Notes: a model not told the origin generated them from the sequence alone. Positions 29,722 through 40,643 are shown, numbered from the stretch's first letter. The stretch is DNA of 64,000 nt from an uncultured Eubacteriaceae bacterium (GCA_937872065.1 CALMRA010000288.1:4817-68816); one strand, 5' to 3'. Made by a program: numbers and translations.

Positions 29722-30420
29722 ATGGATGAGAAACGAAGCTGCCGGACACGGCGCATGATCGGCGACGAGGCGGCGGACAGACTTGGCGCATCCCGCGTTC
29801 TGCTCTTCGGAGTCGGGGGCGTCGGATCGTATGCGGCCGAAGCTCTGGTCCGTTCGGGGATCGGGAGTCTGACTGTCGTCGACAAGGACGAGGTGGACGA
29901 AAGCAACATCAACAGACAGCTGATCGCTCTCGGTTCGACCGTCGGTCTTCCGAAAACGGAAGCGGCCAGGAGCAGGCTGCTCGATATCAATCCCGAAGCC
30001 GAGATCCGCGTGTTTCGTGAATGCTTCACGCCGGAAAACGGCGGCTTCGTCGATTTTTCAGAATACGATTATGTGATCGACGCGGTGGATATGGTCACCG
30101 CGAAGATCGAGATTATCAGACGGGCGAAGGAAGCGGGTGTTCCGGTGATCTCCGTGATGGGGACCGGCAACAAGCTCCATCCCGAACGTCTGAGAATTAC
30201 CGATATTTCAAAAACAAGCGTCTGTCCGCTGGCGAAAGTCATGCGCAGAGAACTGAAGGACAGACGGATATCGAAGGTCAACGCGGTCTGGTCGGACGAG
30301 GTTCCGGCAGTCCGCTGTACACCGCCGGGCAGCTTCGCACCGGTTCCCGGTACCGCGGGACTTATCGCGGCATCCCGGGTCGTCTGCGATCTGCTCGAAA
30401 CAGAAAGGACGGGGCACTGA
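29722..30420 (+). CDS. tcdA: tRNA threonylcarbamoyladenosine dehydratase (ThiF/HesA family)
   Basis: Rossmann VLLFGVGGVGSYAAEAL. 232 aa. Confidence 0.8.
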   Translation: MDEKRSCRTRRMIGDEAADRLGASRVLLFGVGGVGSYAAEALVRSGIGSLTVVDKDEVDESNINRQLIALGSTVGLPKTEAARSRLLDINPEAEIRVFRECFTPENGGFVDFSEYDYVIDAVDMVTAKIEIIRRAKEAGVPVISVMGTGNKLHPERLRITDISKTSVCPLAKVMRRELKDRRISKVNAVWSDEVPAVRCTPPGSFAPVPGTAGLIAASRVVCDLLETERTGH

Positions 30421-30421
30421 T

Positions 30422-30952
30422 ATGTATAACAATTCGAAACCTCCCGTTCGTATCGGAACGGGATATGATGTTCACCGGCTGGTGCCGGGACGCAGGCTGA
30501 TTTTAGGCGGAGTCGACATTCCGTACGAAAAGGGTCTCGAAGGTCACTCCGACGCGGATGTTCTCGTTCACGCCGTGATCGACGCGATATTCGGTTCGCT
30601 TGCCCTCGGCGATCTGGGACAGCATTTTCCGGATGACGACGATTCGTACAAAGGGATCTCGAGCATCGAGCTGCTCAGACGCGCCGGAGGTCTTGTCCGT
30701 ATGGAAGGCTACAGGATCATGAACATCGATTCTCAGGTTGTCTGTCAGAGTCCGAAGCTGGCGCCGCACATCTACAGGATGCGCACGAATATCGCGGATG
30801 CGCTGATGCTGTCTGTCAGCCAGGTAAGCGTCAAGGCGACGACTGAGGAAGGACTCGGTTTTACCGGAAGCGGCGAAGGGATCGCCGCACATGCGGCTGT
30901 CTGTGTAATGACCGGAGATATGGCACAGTTTTCAAGCCCGACCATAGTTTAA
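30422..30952 (+). CDS. ispF: 2-C-methyl-D-erythritol 2,4-cyclodiphosphate synthase
   Basis: Motifs GTGYDVHRL and GHSDADVLVHA. Confidence 0.95.
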   Translation: MYNNSKPPVRIGTGYDVHRLVPGRRLILGGVDIPYEKGLEGHSDADVLVHAVIDAIFGSLALGDLGQHFPDDDDSYKGISSIELLRRAGGLVRMEGYRIMNIDSQVVCQSPKLAPHIYRMRTNIADALMLSVSQVSVKATTEEGLGFTGSGEGIAAHAAVCVMTGDMAQFSSPTIV

Positions 30953-30971
30953 GGCCGGCAGGAGCTTACGA

Positions 30972-31658
30972 ATGATTGGAATTATAGCGGCGCTTGACAT
31001 CGAAGCGCGCAGCCTGAAAGAAAAAATGGAAGAGACCTCGGTAGCCTCTTATGCAAAGATGCAGTTTTACCGGGGCAAGCTGTACCGCAAAGATGTCGTC
31101 GTTGTCCAGAGCGGCGTCGGCAAGGTAAACGCGGCCGTCTGCACCCAGATCCTCGCGGATAAGTACCGTGTCGATAAGGTTATCAATGTGGGCGTCGCGG
31201 GAGGTCTTGCGCCCGGACTTCACATCGGGGATATCGTCGTTTCGGACGACGCGGTTCAGTACGATATGGACGCGTCCGCCTTCGGTCATCCGAAGGGCGA
31301 AATTCCGAATATGGATATGACGTATTTCCCGGCGGACCGCCACATGCTCAGAAAGGCTCAGGCTGCCGCCGAACGTCTCGGAACGAAGATCCTCGTCGGA
31401 CGCATCATGACGGCGGACCTCGGTCTCGGAGACACTCAGCTCAAGGCGGAGCTTGTCGAAACCTTTAAGGGCGCCTGCTGCGAAATGGAAGGAGCCGCCG
31501 TCGCCCAGACCTGCTGGCTCAACGACATTCCGTATCTGATTATCCGTTCGATCTCCGACAATGCGGATGATTCCGCGAACGATACGTATTACGAGTCGAT
31601 CGACGAATCTGTAAAGCCGTCGACCGACTTTCTGATGGAACTGCTCCAGGAATTATAA
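30972..31658 (+). CDS. mtnN: 5'-methylthioadenosine/S-adenosylhomocysteine nucleosidase
   Basis: MIGIIAALDIEA start and CEMEGAAVAQ motif. 228 aa. Confidence 0.9.
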   Translation: MIGIIAALDIEARSLKEKMEETSVASYAKMQFYRGKLYRKDVVVVQSGVGKVNAAVCTQILADKYRVDKVINVGVAGGLAPGLHIGDIVVSDDAVQYDMDASAFGHPKGEIPNMDMTYFPADRHMLRKAQAAAERLGTKILVGRIMTADLGLGDTQLKAELVETFKGACCEMEGAAVAQTCWLNDIPYLIIRSISDNADDSANDTYYESIDESVKPSTDFLMELLQEL

Positions 31659-32917
31659 TGAACGATTCAAAAGAGAGAGAAGAATTTGATTTCGGCGGCG
31701 GACCGGACCGTTATGAAGCGGATTTTCATCCGGATCTTCAGCCCGACAATCCGCCTTACAGACCGACCCGCGCGATAATCGATCTCGACTGTTTTCTTGA
31801 AAACTATCACCAGATCGTCAGCCGGGCCGGGGAGGGCACGAAGATTGTCGGCGTGGTCAAGGCTGACGCCTACGGACACGGATTTGACGCGATCGAGCTT
31901 CTTCAGGAGGAAGGCGTCGACTGTCTCGCAGTCGCGATGATCGATGAAGGGATCGAGCTTCGCCAGAAGGGGATCGACCGTGTGCCGATCCTGATTCTCG
32001 GACCGACGCCCGAAGACCGGATACCGGAGCTTATCGAATGGGATATTATTCCCGCCGTTTTCACGGAAAGCTTCGCTCAGACCCTCTCCGATTACTGCGT
32101 CGCGCAGGACATGCGCGCGGACGTGCATGCGAAGATCGAAACCGGCATGGGCCGGATCGGCTTTGACTGGCGGACCGCCGCGGATTCTGTCGAGGCGCTG
32201 ACGAAGATGGACGGCATTCGCGTCGCCGGGATGTTCACCCATTTCGCGACGGCGGACTGTGAGGATAAGACCTTTACTCACGAACAGCTTGCCCGCTACG
32301 CGGGCGTCGTCAAGCAGCTCAACGACCGCGGGATTGAGATCCCGTTCAAGCATGTCGAAAATTCCGCGGCGCTTATCGACTTTGACCGGACTATTTTTGA
32401 CGGAATCAGACCGGGGATTATTCTGTACGGTCTGTATCCGTCGGACGAAGTGAAAAAGCAGAATCTGCCGTTAAAGCCGGTCATGCGCTTCATGACGAAG
32501 ATCGCCTATATCAAGACGCTTCACGACGGGGAATCTGTCGGATACGGCCGCGCATGGAAAGCCGAAGGCGACCGCCGTATCGCGACGCTGCCCGTAGGCT
32601 ATGCGGACGGCTGGTCCAGGATTCTTTCCGGAAAGGGAACGGAAGTCCTGATTCGCGGGAAACGGGCGCCTGTTGTCGGAAATATCTGCATGGACCAGTG
32701 TATGGTCGATATCACGGATATTCCCGAAGCACAGGAAGGGGACGATGTCGAACTGTTCGGCGAAAATATTTCGGCGGACGAGGTGGCGGCCCGTCTCGGT
32801 ACCATCAATTACGAAGTGGTCTGCATGGTCAACAAGCGGGTTCCGCGGGTCTATCGTTTTCTCGGAGATGAACGAGTCGAAAACGAGATCCTCAACGACG
32901 GCTGGTGCGGCGTCTGA
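31658..32917 (+). CDS. alr: alanine racemase with an N-terminal extension of roughly 37 aa
   Basis: PLP-lysine motif VVKADAYGHG. TAATG overlap with the mtnN stop supports the long start. Confidence 0.88.
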   Translation: MNDSKEREEFDFGGGPDRYEADFHPDLQPDNPPYRPTRAIIDLDCFLENYHQIVSRAGEGTKIVGVVKADAYGHGFDAIELLQEEGVDCLAVAMIDEGIELRQKGIDRVPILILGPTPEDRIPELIEWDIIPAVFTESFAQTLSDYCVAQDMRADVHAKIETGMGRIGFDWRTAADSVEALTKMDGIRVAGMFTHFATADCEDKTFTHEQLARYAGVVKQLNDRGIEIPFKHVENSAALIDFDRTIFDGIRPGIILYGLYPSDEVKKQNLPLKPVMRFMTKIAYIKTLHDGESVGYGRAWKAEGDRRIATLPVGYADGWSRILSGKGTEVLIRGKRAPVVGNICMDQCMVDITDIPEAQEGDDVELFGENISADEVAARLGTINYEVVCMVNKRVPRVYRFLGDERVENEILNDGWCGV

Positions 32918-32920
32918 CGC

Positions 32921-32949
32921 TGGATATAGCGGCCGTTTCGTGTTATAAT
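32921..32949 (+). promoter_or_regulatory. candidate pyrG promoter (TGGATA-17-TATAAT with TG extension)
   Basis: TGGATA at 32921-32926, TGtTATAAT at 32941-32949, about 50 nt upstream of ATG 33003. Confidence 0.5.
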
Positions 32950-32990
32950 ATTTTCTTTGATTAAAACTGCACATCATCACGAATACATGA

Positions 32991-34634
<1,644 letters not shown>

Positions 34635-34662
34635 ACGATTACAGGGGTCTGTTCTTAAGCAG

Positions 34663-34688
34663 AAAGCCGGCAGAAGTGCCGGCTTTTT
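34663..34688 (+). terminator. terminator after pyrG
   Basis: 10-bp stem aaagccggca / tgccggcttt with a 4-nt loop and a T-run. Confidence 0.85.
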
Positions 34689-34752
34689 CAAAATCTGTGT
34701 TTATTTTTAATAAAATTCAAAAAAAGATTGCGGCAGACAAGTGTTTTTGGTA

Positions 34753-34919
34753 TGTGGATAACTGGTATTAAAGGAAGAAATGACGGCGAAATCTGTGGAT
34801 AAGCTTCATTTCAGCTGTGGATAGTGTGGATAACTGTGCATGAAACGCGCAAAGCGCGTAAAACAGGCATTTCACCTGTGGATGAAAAAAGCCCCAGTTA
34901 TTCACAGCGGTGTGGATTC
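34753..34919. promoter_or_regulatory. cluster of seven DnaA-box 9-mers
   Basis: Perfect TGTGGATAA at 34753-34761, 34794-34802 and 34825-34833. One mismatch: TGTGGATAG 34816-34824 (abuts the next box), TGTGGATGA 34877-34885, and TTATTCACA 34898-34906 (opposite orientation). Two mismatches: TGTGGATTC 34911-34919. Confidence 0.8.
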
Positions 34920-34979
34920 TGTTCAAAGCGGATAAAACGCAGTTTTTCCGTATAACAAGTGATTACGAAACGGGTGTTT

Positions 34980-36938
34980 ATGTCTGAATTTACAAAAAAC
35001 GTTAAGTACGTGAGCTGCGGATGTGCGCTGCCTGAAGTCAAGCCCGCGGACACGACTGCCAATACTGACTCGATTATCGAGCTGATCGGGCGGGCTTCGC
35101 ATGAAAAAATCGGGATCCTGCTGTTTCCGGAACTGGCGGTCACCGGCTATACCTGCGGCGATCTGTTCTTCCAGCGCGAACTGCAGGAGGATACCCACGC
35201 GGCGCTGTCACGTATTGCCGGGGCGACAGCCGGCACGGATATGCTGGTCTGCATCGGAGCTCCCCTTGAAGACCGCGGCCGTCTGTACAACTGCGCTGTG
35301 ATTATCCAGGACGGCAGCATTATCGGTGTCGTGCCGAAACGCTATCTCCCGGACAATCGGGAATATTATGAAAAACGATGGTTTACCGAAGGCGGAACGG
35401 GACCTGACATCACCGTCGCGGGTGTTTCCGTTCCCTTCGGAACCGATCTGCTGTTCAGGGACGGCGCCGATCCGTCTATCATCGTCGGTTCGGAAATCTG
35501 CGAGGATCTGTGGGCTCCGGCGCCGCCGAGCCAGGATATGGCGGCCGCAGGCGCGGTGATTATCCTGAATCCTTCGGCAAGCAACGAGACTATCGGAAAG
35601 GCGTCCTACCGCAGAGATCTGATCACACAGCAGAGCGCGCGGCTCGACTGCGCCTATCTGTATGCCTCCAGCGGCTTCGGAGAATCGACGACAGATCTGG
35701 TATTCGGAGGAGACGCGATCATTGCGGAGAACGGCAGGATACTCGCACGCTCGCAGCGGTTCTCGATGGAACCGGGGATTACGAAAGCGCAGATCGATCC
35801 CCAGCTGCTCCTTCACGACAGACAGATGCAGTCTTCATATCGGGATTACGAGGCGGCTCGGGCCTTCCGCTTTATCCCGTGTTCGATTACGGTTTCCGAT
35901 ACCATCGAACGCAGCATCGATCCGGCGCCCTTCGTTCCGGCGGATTCCGCAGAACGCAGCGAACGCTGTCTGGAGATCACCAGCATCCAGGCGACAGGTC
36001 TCGCCTCGAGGCTGCGTCATATCGGAAATGCTCCGATGGTGATCGGTGTCTCCGGCGGGCTTGATTCGACACTGGCGCTGCTGGTCTGCGCACAGGCTGC
36101 GCAGATGCTCGGTATGGAGCCGGAAAAGATCTATGCGGTGACGATGCCGGGCTTCGGCACGACCGACCGGACCTATACGAATGCGGTAAGCCTGATTCAT
36201 AAGCTGGGCGCGACGTTCCATGAGATTCCGATCGGTCCCGCGGCTTCTTCGCATCTGAAGGATATAGGCCATGATATCGAGATCCGCAACGAAGTCTATG
36301 AGAACGCTCAGGCCAGGGAACGGACTCAGGTTCTGATGGATCTGGCGAACGAAACGGGCGGAATTGTCGTCGGAACAGGCGACCTGTCCGAGCTCGCGCT
36401 GGGCTGGGCGACCTACAACGGCGACCATATGTCGATGTACGGCGTCAACTCGGGCGTACCGAAGACGCTGGTGCGTTATCTCGTCGACTGGTATGCGGAC
36501 CGCGGAGACGAGGAGCTGGCGGAGCTGCTTCACGATATTCTCGATACGCCGGTATCGCCGGAACTGCTGCCGCCTGAAAACGGAGAAATCGCGCAGAAGA
36601 CGGAGGATCTTGTCGGACCGTATGATCTTCACGATTTCTATCTGTTTCATTTCCTCAGGAGCGGATTTTCTCCGGAAAAGATCTTTGCGCTGGCAGTCCG
36701 GGCGTTCGAAGGAACCTATGACGATAAGACGATCGCCCGCTGGCTCGAAACGTTTTACAGACGTTTTTTCTCGCAGCAGTTCAAGCGCTCCTGTCTGCCG
36801 GACGGCCCCAAGGTGGGGTCCGTCACGCTCTCGCCGAGAGGCGACTGGCGGATGCCCAGCGATGCGTCGTCCCGCGATTATATGGCCAGGGCTGCGAAGA
36901 TACGCAGAAGCGTGGAAGAGGGCGCCGAATGCATCTGA
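34980..36938 (+). CDS. nadE: glutamine-dependent NAD+ synthetase
   Basis: N-terminal CN-hydrolase (glutaminase) domain plus a C-terminal PP-loop GVSGGLDST. ATG 34980 preferred over GTG 34959. Confidence 0.9.
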   Translation: MSEFTKNVKYVSCGCALPEVKPADTTANTDSIIELIGRASHEKIGILLFPELAVTGYTCGDLFFQRELQEDTHAALSRIAGATAGTDMLVCIGAPLEDRGRLYNCAVIIQDGSIIGVVPKRYLPDNREYYEKRWFTEGGTGPDITVAGVSVPFGTDLLFRDGADPSIIVGSEICEDLWAPAPPSQDMAAAGAVIILNPSASNETIGKASYRRDLITQQSARLDCAYLYASSGFGESTTDLVFGGDAIIAENGRILARSQRFSMEPGITKAQIDPQLLLHDRQMQSSYRDYEAARAFRFIPCSITVSDTIERSIDPAPFVPADSAERSERCLEITSIQATGLASRLRHIGNAPMVIGVSGGLDSTLALLVCAQAAQMLGMEPEKIYAVTMPGFGTTDRTYTNAVSLIHKLGATFHEIPIGPAASSHLKDIGHDIEIRNEVYENAQARERTQVLMDLANETGGIVVGTGDLSELALGWATYNGDHMSMYGVNSGVPKTLVRYLVDWYADRGDEELAELLHDILDTPVSPELLPPENGEIAQKTEDLVGPYDLHDFYLFHFLRSGFSPEKIFALAVRAFEGTYDDKTIARWLETFYRRFFSQQFKRSCLPDGPKVGSVTLSPRGDWRMPSDASSRDYMARAAKIRRSVEEGAECI

Positions 36939-37573
36939 GGCGGGCTTCCTGGATGCGTGAGGAGCTCGAGGCGAGTCCGCTGTTCGTGACCGAACCTCCG
37001 GAGCACAGAGGCGCCTGGCGCTCGTTTTTCGATAATCCCGATGCGCCGCTGTATCTGGAGCTGGGCTGCGGAAAGGGAGGCTTTATCTCTGAGGCCGCCC
37101 TTCGCAGTCCGGAGGTCAATTTTCTCGGGATCGATATGACGGACGTCGTTCTCGCAAGAGCCAGACGCCGGATCGACGCGGCAGGTGTCGGCAACGTCAG
37201 GATCACAGCCTGGGATATCGAGCGGATCAGAGATATGCTCGCTCCTGAAGACCGTATCGACCGTATCTATATCAATTTCTGCAATCCCTGGCCCAGGCGC
37301 CGCCATCATAAGAAACGGCTGGTCCATTCGAGGCGGCTTGAGGATTATCAGACCTTTGTGACACCCGGAGCGGAGCTGCGGTTCAAGACGGATGATGACG
37401 AGCTGTACGAGGCGGCGCTGTCGTATATTCAGGAGTCCGGATTCAGGATCACCGCGCAGACGGAAGATCTGTACGGGAGCCTTCCGGAGGACAATATCCG
37501 AACCGAACACGAGGCGATGTATCTGGAGGCAGGAAAAACAATTAAAGAAATCCGCGCAGTTTTCAGGGACTGA
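36929..37573 (+). CDS. trmB: tRNA (guanine-N7)-methyltransferase
   Basis: SAM motif LELGCGKG and INFCNPWP. Overlaps the nadE end. Confidence 0.9.
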   Translation: MHLRRASWMREELEASPLFVTEPPEHRGAWRSFFDNPDAPLYLELGCGKGGFISEAALRSPEVNFLGIDMTDVVLARARRRIDAAGVGNVRITAWDIERIRDMLAPEDRIDRIYINFCNPWPRRRHHKKRLVHSRRLEDYQTFVTPGAELRFKTDDDELYEAALSYIQESGFRITAQTEDLYGSLPEDNIRTEHEAMYLEAGKTIKEIRAVFRD

Positions 37574-37585
37574 ACTGCAGCGCAT

Positions 37586-37611
37586 AAGCCGGAGTGATCC
37601 GGCTTTTTTTT
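37586..37611 (+). terminator. terminator after trmB
   Basis: Stem aagccgga / tccggctt with a 4-nt loop, followed by T8. Confidence 0.85.
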
Positions 37612-37691
37612 ACCCTAATTTCAGAAATTTGTGTAAAAATACACGGACGTCGGCTCAAAAGGGTAAAATTATGTACTTTTCAACAGGTCAT

Positions 37692-37700
37692 TGTTATAAT
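37692..37700 (+). promoter_or_regulatory. candidate extended -10 element (TGtTATAAT) upstream of the kinase gene
   Basis: TGTTATAAT at 37692-37700. No good -35 at 17-nt spacing. Confidence 0.4.
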
Positions 37701-37735
37701 AATGTGAATTGAACGGACAATTCAGGGGAGCAGGG

Positions 37736-38983
37736 ATGGAGAAACGTATTGAACTCAAGGATGTCCTGGACCTGAAGGTACTTCAGAAGATCCAGGACTC
37801 TTTTGCCGAATCGACGGGAATCGCCGCGATCATCGTAGACCGTGACGGAAGCCCGCTTCTGGAATACAGCAATTTTACAGAATACTGCCTGACTGTCAGA
37901 AAAACGAAAGCCTGCAAGGACTGCTTTCATTCGGATGCGCAGGGAGGCTTCCAGGCCTCTGAAACGATGAGTCCCCAGGTCTATCTGTGTCATGCCGGTC
38001 TCGTGGATCTGGCTGTGCCGATCTTCGTTGCGGACCAGTATGTCGGGGCTATTCTTGCCGGCCAGGTCAGGGTGGAACCCGAGATCATGGAGATCCTTCA
38101 GAACGATCCGGAGATAAACCTGAGCGACAGAGACCTTCTGCTCAGAAACCGGCATCTGCGAGAGCTGTATGACGAAACGCACGTATCCACCTTTAACCGG
38201 GTGAAGGAAGCGGCGACACTTCTGTACACACTGGCGAATTATCTGACGGAAATGGCCCATGTCAATATCATGCAGCAGGATCTGCACGAAAAGGATCTGC
38301 GGCTTTCCGAAGAGACCCGGCTGCGGACAGAGGTCGAATCGGCTCTGAAGGAAGCGGATCTGAAAGCCCTTCAGGCACAGATCAATCCGCATTTTCTGTT
38401 TAACGTGCTCAATACCATCGGGCGGCTTGCGCTGCTGGAAGGAGCGGACAGAACCCAGGAGATGATCTACCAGTTCTCGGACCTTATGCGGTACAATCTG
38501 AGACGGGATAACGCCGTTGCCGAAACGCTGTCGAGTCTGATTAATTACGTCAGCAATTATCTTTCAATTCAGAAAATGCGTCTCGGGAACCGGCTTCGCT
38601 ACTCGATCGATATGGATCCGGATGTGGCGGATTTTATCTGCCCCGTCATGACGGTGCAGCCTTTTATTGAAAATGCGATAAATTATGTCGTCGAACCGCG
38701 TTCGGCCGGCGGAACGATCGAACTCTCAGCCAAACGGGAAAACGATCACGCGGTCGTGACGATACGGGACGACGGTCCGGGCATGCCGGAAACACTCGTC
38801 AGATCCCTGCTTGACGGAACCTACCGTCCGGAAGGCAGAAAAAACACGGGGATCGGAATCAACAATGTCAACAAACGTCTGAAGTACTATTTCGGACAGG
38901 AATACGGAGTACAGATCAACAGTACGGAAGGCGTCGGAACGGAGATCGTGATCAGGATCCCCGAAACTGGAACAAGCGAGTAA
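37736..38983 (+). CDS. soluble sensor histidine kinase with N-terminal PocR-type sensory domain (LytS/YesM-type kinase core)
   Basis: The PocR-like segment LQKIQDSFAESTGIAAIIVDRDG ... CHAGLVDLAVPIF ... GAILAGQV is followed by QINPHFLFNVLNTI (His_kinase motif) and an HATPase region (IRDDGPGMP, GIGINNV). No TM segments seen. ATG 37736 after GGGGAG. Confidence 0.85.
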   Translation: MEKRIELKDVLDLKVLQKIQDSFAESTGIAAIIVDRDGSPLLEYSNFTEYCLTVRKTKACKDCFHSDAQGGFQASETMSPQVYLCHAGLVDLAVPIFVADQYVGAILAGQVRVEPEIMEILQNDPEINLSDRDLLLRNRHLRELYDETHVSTFNRVKEAATLLYTLANYLTEMAHVNIMQQDLHEKDLRLSEETRLRTEVESALKEADLKALQAQINPHFLFNVLNTIGRLALLEGADRTQEMIYQFSDLMRYNLRRDNAVAETLSSLINYVSNYLSIQKMRLGNRLRYSIDMDPDVADFICPVMTVQPFIENAINYVVEPRSAGGTIELSAKRENDHAVVTIRDDGPGMPETLVRSLLDGTYRPEGRKNTGIGINNVNKRLKYYFGQEYGVQINSTEGVGTEIVIRIPETGTSE

Positions 38984-38993
38984 AGGCGGAAGC

Positions 38994-40037
38994 ATGTATA
39001 AGATTTTCGTGGTTGAAGATGAACATCTGGAATCGGAAGCGATCCAGATGATCATCCGGCAGGAAGGCAAGAATCTTGAGATCGCGGGTACTGCAGCTTC
39101 GGGAACGGAAGCTGTGGAAAAGATACACAGACTGCGTCCTGATATTATCCTGCTCGATATCAATATTCCCGAAATCAACGGGATAGACGTTTTAAAAATC
39201 GTCAAAAAAGAGGATCCGGATATCCGTGTCATCATCATCACCGCATTCAACGAATTTGATTTTGCTCATCAGGCGATCAAGGCGCATGTGGACGATTTCC
39301 TGCTCAAGCCGATCCGGCCTCAGCAGCTGATGGAATCGATAGCCGGAGTTATCGACCAGCTTAAGGATAATACGCTGGAGCAGTTCGATGAAAAAATGCA
39401 GGAGGTTCTGTACAATGTCCTGCATAAACGCTACTCGGCGACGAGACGGACGCTTACGGAATATATCGACGTGATCTATACGGGCTGCGGCTACGATCTG
39501 GTCGCGATTCAGGACGAGATACAGCGTTTCCTCGGAGAGCTGACAAAGACCGCGGCGGATATGTGTCCGGAACCGATGCCCGATGCGAAAAAGATGTTCC
39601 GGTGCAATTCGAGCGTGTTTAAGAACCGCTACGAACTGAAAATCGAGATTATGCGGATCATCGACCGGATCTTTGACGTTCTGATGAACAGTGAAGACGG
39701 CCATCGGAACACGATGGAAGATATCCTGAACTACATAGACAGAAACTGCCATAAGGACATCTCGCTTACCCAGGTGGGCGAATATGCAAATATGTCCAGC
39801 TACTACCTTTCCAAGATTTTCAAGAAGGAAACGGGCGTCAATTTCGTCACCTATCTGACGGAACGCAAGATCGATATCGCGAAGGATATGCTCCTGAATA
39901 CCGACGTACCGATTATCAATATCGCCCTGGAGCTGTCCTATCACGAGCCGAACTATTTTTCGAAGGTGTTCAAGAAGTCCACGGGACTCACGCCGACCGA
40001 ATACAGAAAACAGTATAAAACAGCTTCGGAATTCTGA
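38994..40037 (+). CDS. response regulator with AraC-type DNA-binding output (YesN-like)
   Basis: Receiver domain (IFVVEDE ... LLDINIPEINGI) plus two AraC HTH repeats (YYLSKIFKKETG, NYFSKVFKKSTG). Confidence 0.9.
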   Translation: MYKIFVVEDEHLESEAIQMIIRQEGKNLEIAGTAASGTEAVEKIHRLRPDIILLDINIPEINGIDVLKIVKKEDPDIRVIIITAFNEFDFAHQAIKAHVDDFLLKPIRPQQLMESIAGVIDQLKDNTLEQFDEKMQEVLYNVLHKRYSATRRTLTEYIDVIYTGCGYDLVAIQDEIQRFLGELTKTAADMCPEPMPDAKKMFRCNSSVFKNRYELKIEIMRIIDRIFDVLMNSEDGHRNTMEDILNYIDRNCHKDISLTQVGEYANMSSYYLSKIFKKETGVNFVTYLTERKIDIAKDMLLNTDVPIINIALELSYHEPNYFSKVFKKSTGLTPTEYRKQYKTASEF

Positions 40038-40077
40038 GTGTTTCCCGTAAATGAAACACCGGTTATCCGAAGACCGG

Positions 40078-40109
40078 GCCCGCCGTTCGTTATCGAACGG
40101 CGGGCTTTT
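40078..40109 (+). terminator. terminator after the two-component genes
   Basis: Perfect 12-bp stem gcccgccgttcg / cgaacggcgggc with a 4-nt loop, then TTTT. Confidence 0.85.
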
Positions 40110-40343
40110 CTGCGTTATTAAGCACGCTTTACCGCCGCATCTGCGCAATTTTTGAAGCTTTAAAACTGAAGCAGAAAGGAGGGGATAAAATCTTGCCAAA
40201 CGTTGATATTCATTAATCGAACGCTGTTAAAAAGACGAATTTTTACTGCGATATTTATAAGCGTCGGGCAATTAATTCTCCCCTGTGACGGATTACAATT
40301 ATTTTTAGAAACGAATCATAGTTTTCAGAGGAGGATTTAGCTC

Positions 40344-40619
40344 ATGACGAATGAAGCATTAGGCATGATTGAAACCAAAGGTCTTGTCGGCTCGATTGAA
40401 GCCGCAGATGCTATGGTTAAATCAGCCAATGTCGTACTGACAGGCTACGAAAAAATAGGTTCGGGGCTTGTCACGGTTTTCGTCCGCGGCGATGTCGGTG
40501 CCGTAAAAGCGGCAGTTGACGCAGGCGCGGCGGCAGCCGACAAAGTCGGCCAGGTTGTTTCAGTTCACGTTATTCCCAGACCGCATCAGGACGTTGAAAG
40601 TATGTTACCGAGCTTCTAA
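40344..40619 (+). CDS. pduA: BMC-H shell protein (PduA/PduJ-type)
   Basis: 91 aa. [26 protein letters not shown] is the canonical BMC (Pfam00936-type) start. GGAGGA RBS. Confidence 0.9.
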   Translation: MTNEALGMIETKGLVGSIEAADAMVKSANVVLTGYEKIGSGLVTVFVRGDVGAVKAAVDAGAAAADKVGQVVSVHVIPRPHQDVESMLPSF

Positions 40620-40643
40620 AGCTTAAATAAACGGAGGTGTAAG

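Noticed and set aside
27996-30029. Very long antisense ORF (677 aa, - strand) opposite argS. Similar ones lie opposite pyrG (33042-34391), pyrC/pyrF (12626-13762, 13534-14637), ptsI (59198-60136), pduG, and nadE (35835-36650).
   Set aside because: Each lies exactly opposite a gene with unmistakable family motifs. Their translations are Arg/Pro/Ser-rich low-complexity strings without motifs, and they have no RBS. They are typical shadow frames of GC3-rich coding sequence.
34689-34960. The DnaA-box cluster plus AT-rich tract could be the chromosomal replication origin.
   Set aside because: Genes on both sides, about 20 kb each way, are almost all on the + strand. A Firmicute oriC should mark a switch in gene orientation. 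No dnaA, dnaN or rpmH lies adjacent. I kept it as a non-oriC DnaA-box cluster, pending a whole-genome GC-skew check.
40110-40343. Looked for a cobalamin riboswitch or other structured leader upstream of pduA.
   Set aside because: The region is AT-rich with no B12-box-like GC-rich core or extended pairings that I can see. An Rfam scan would settle it.
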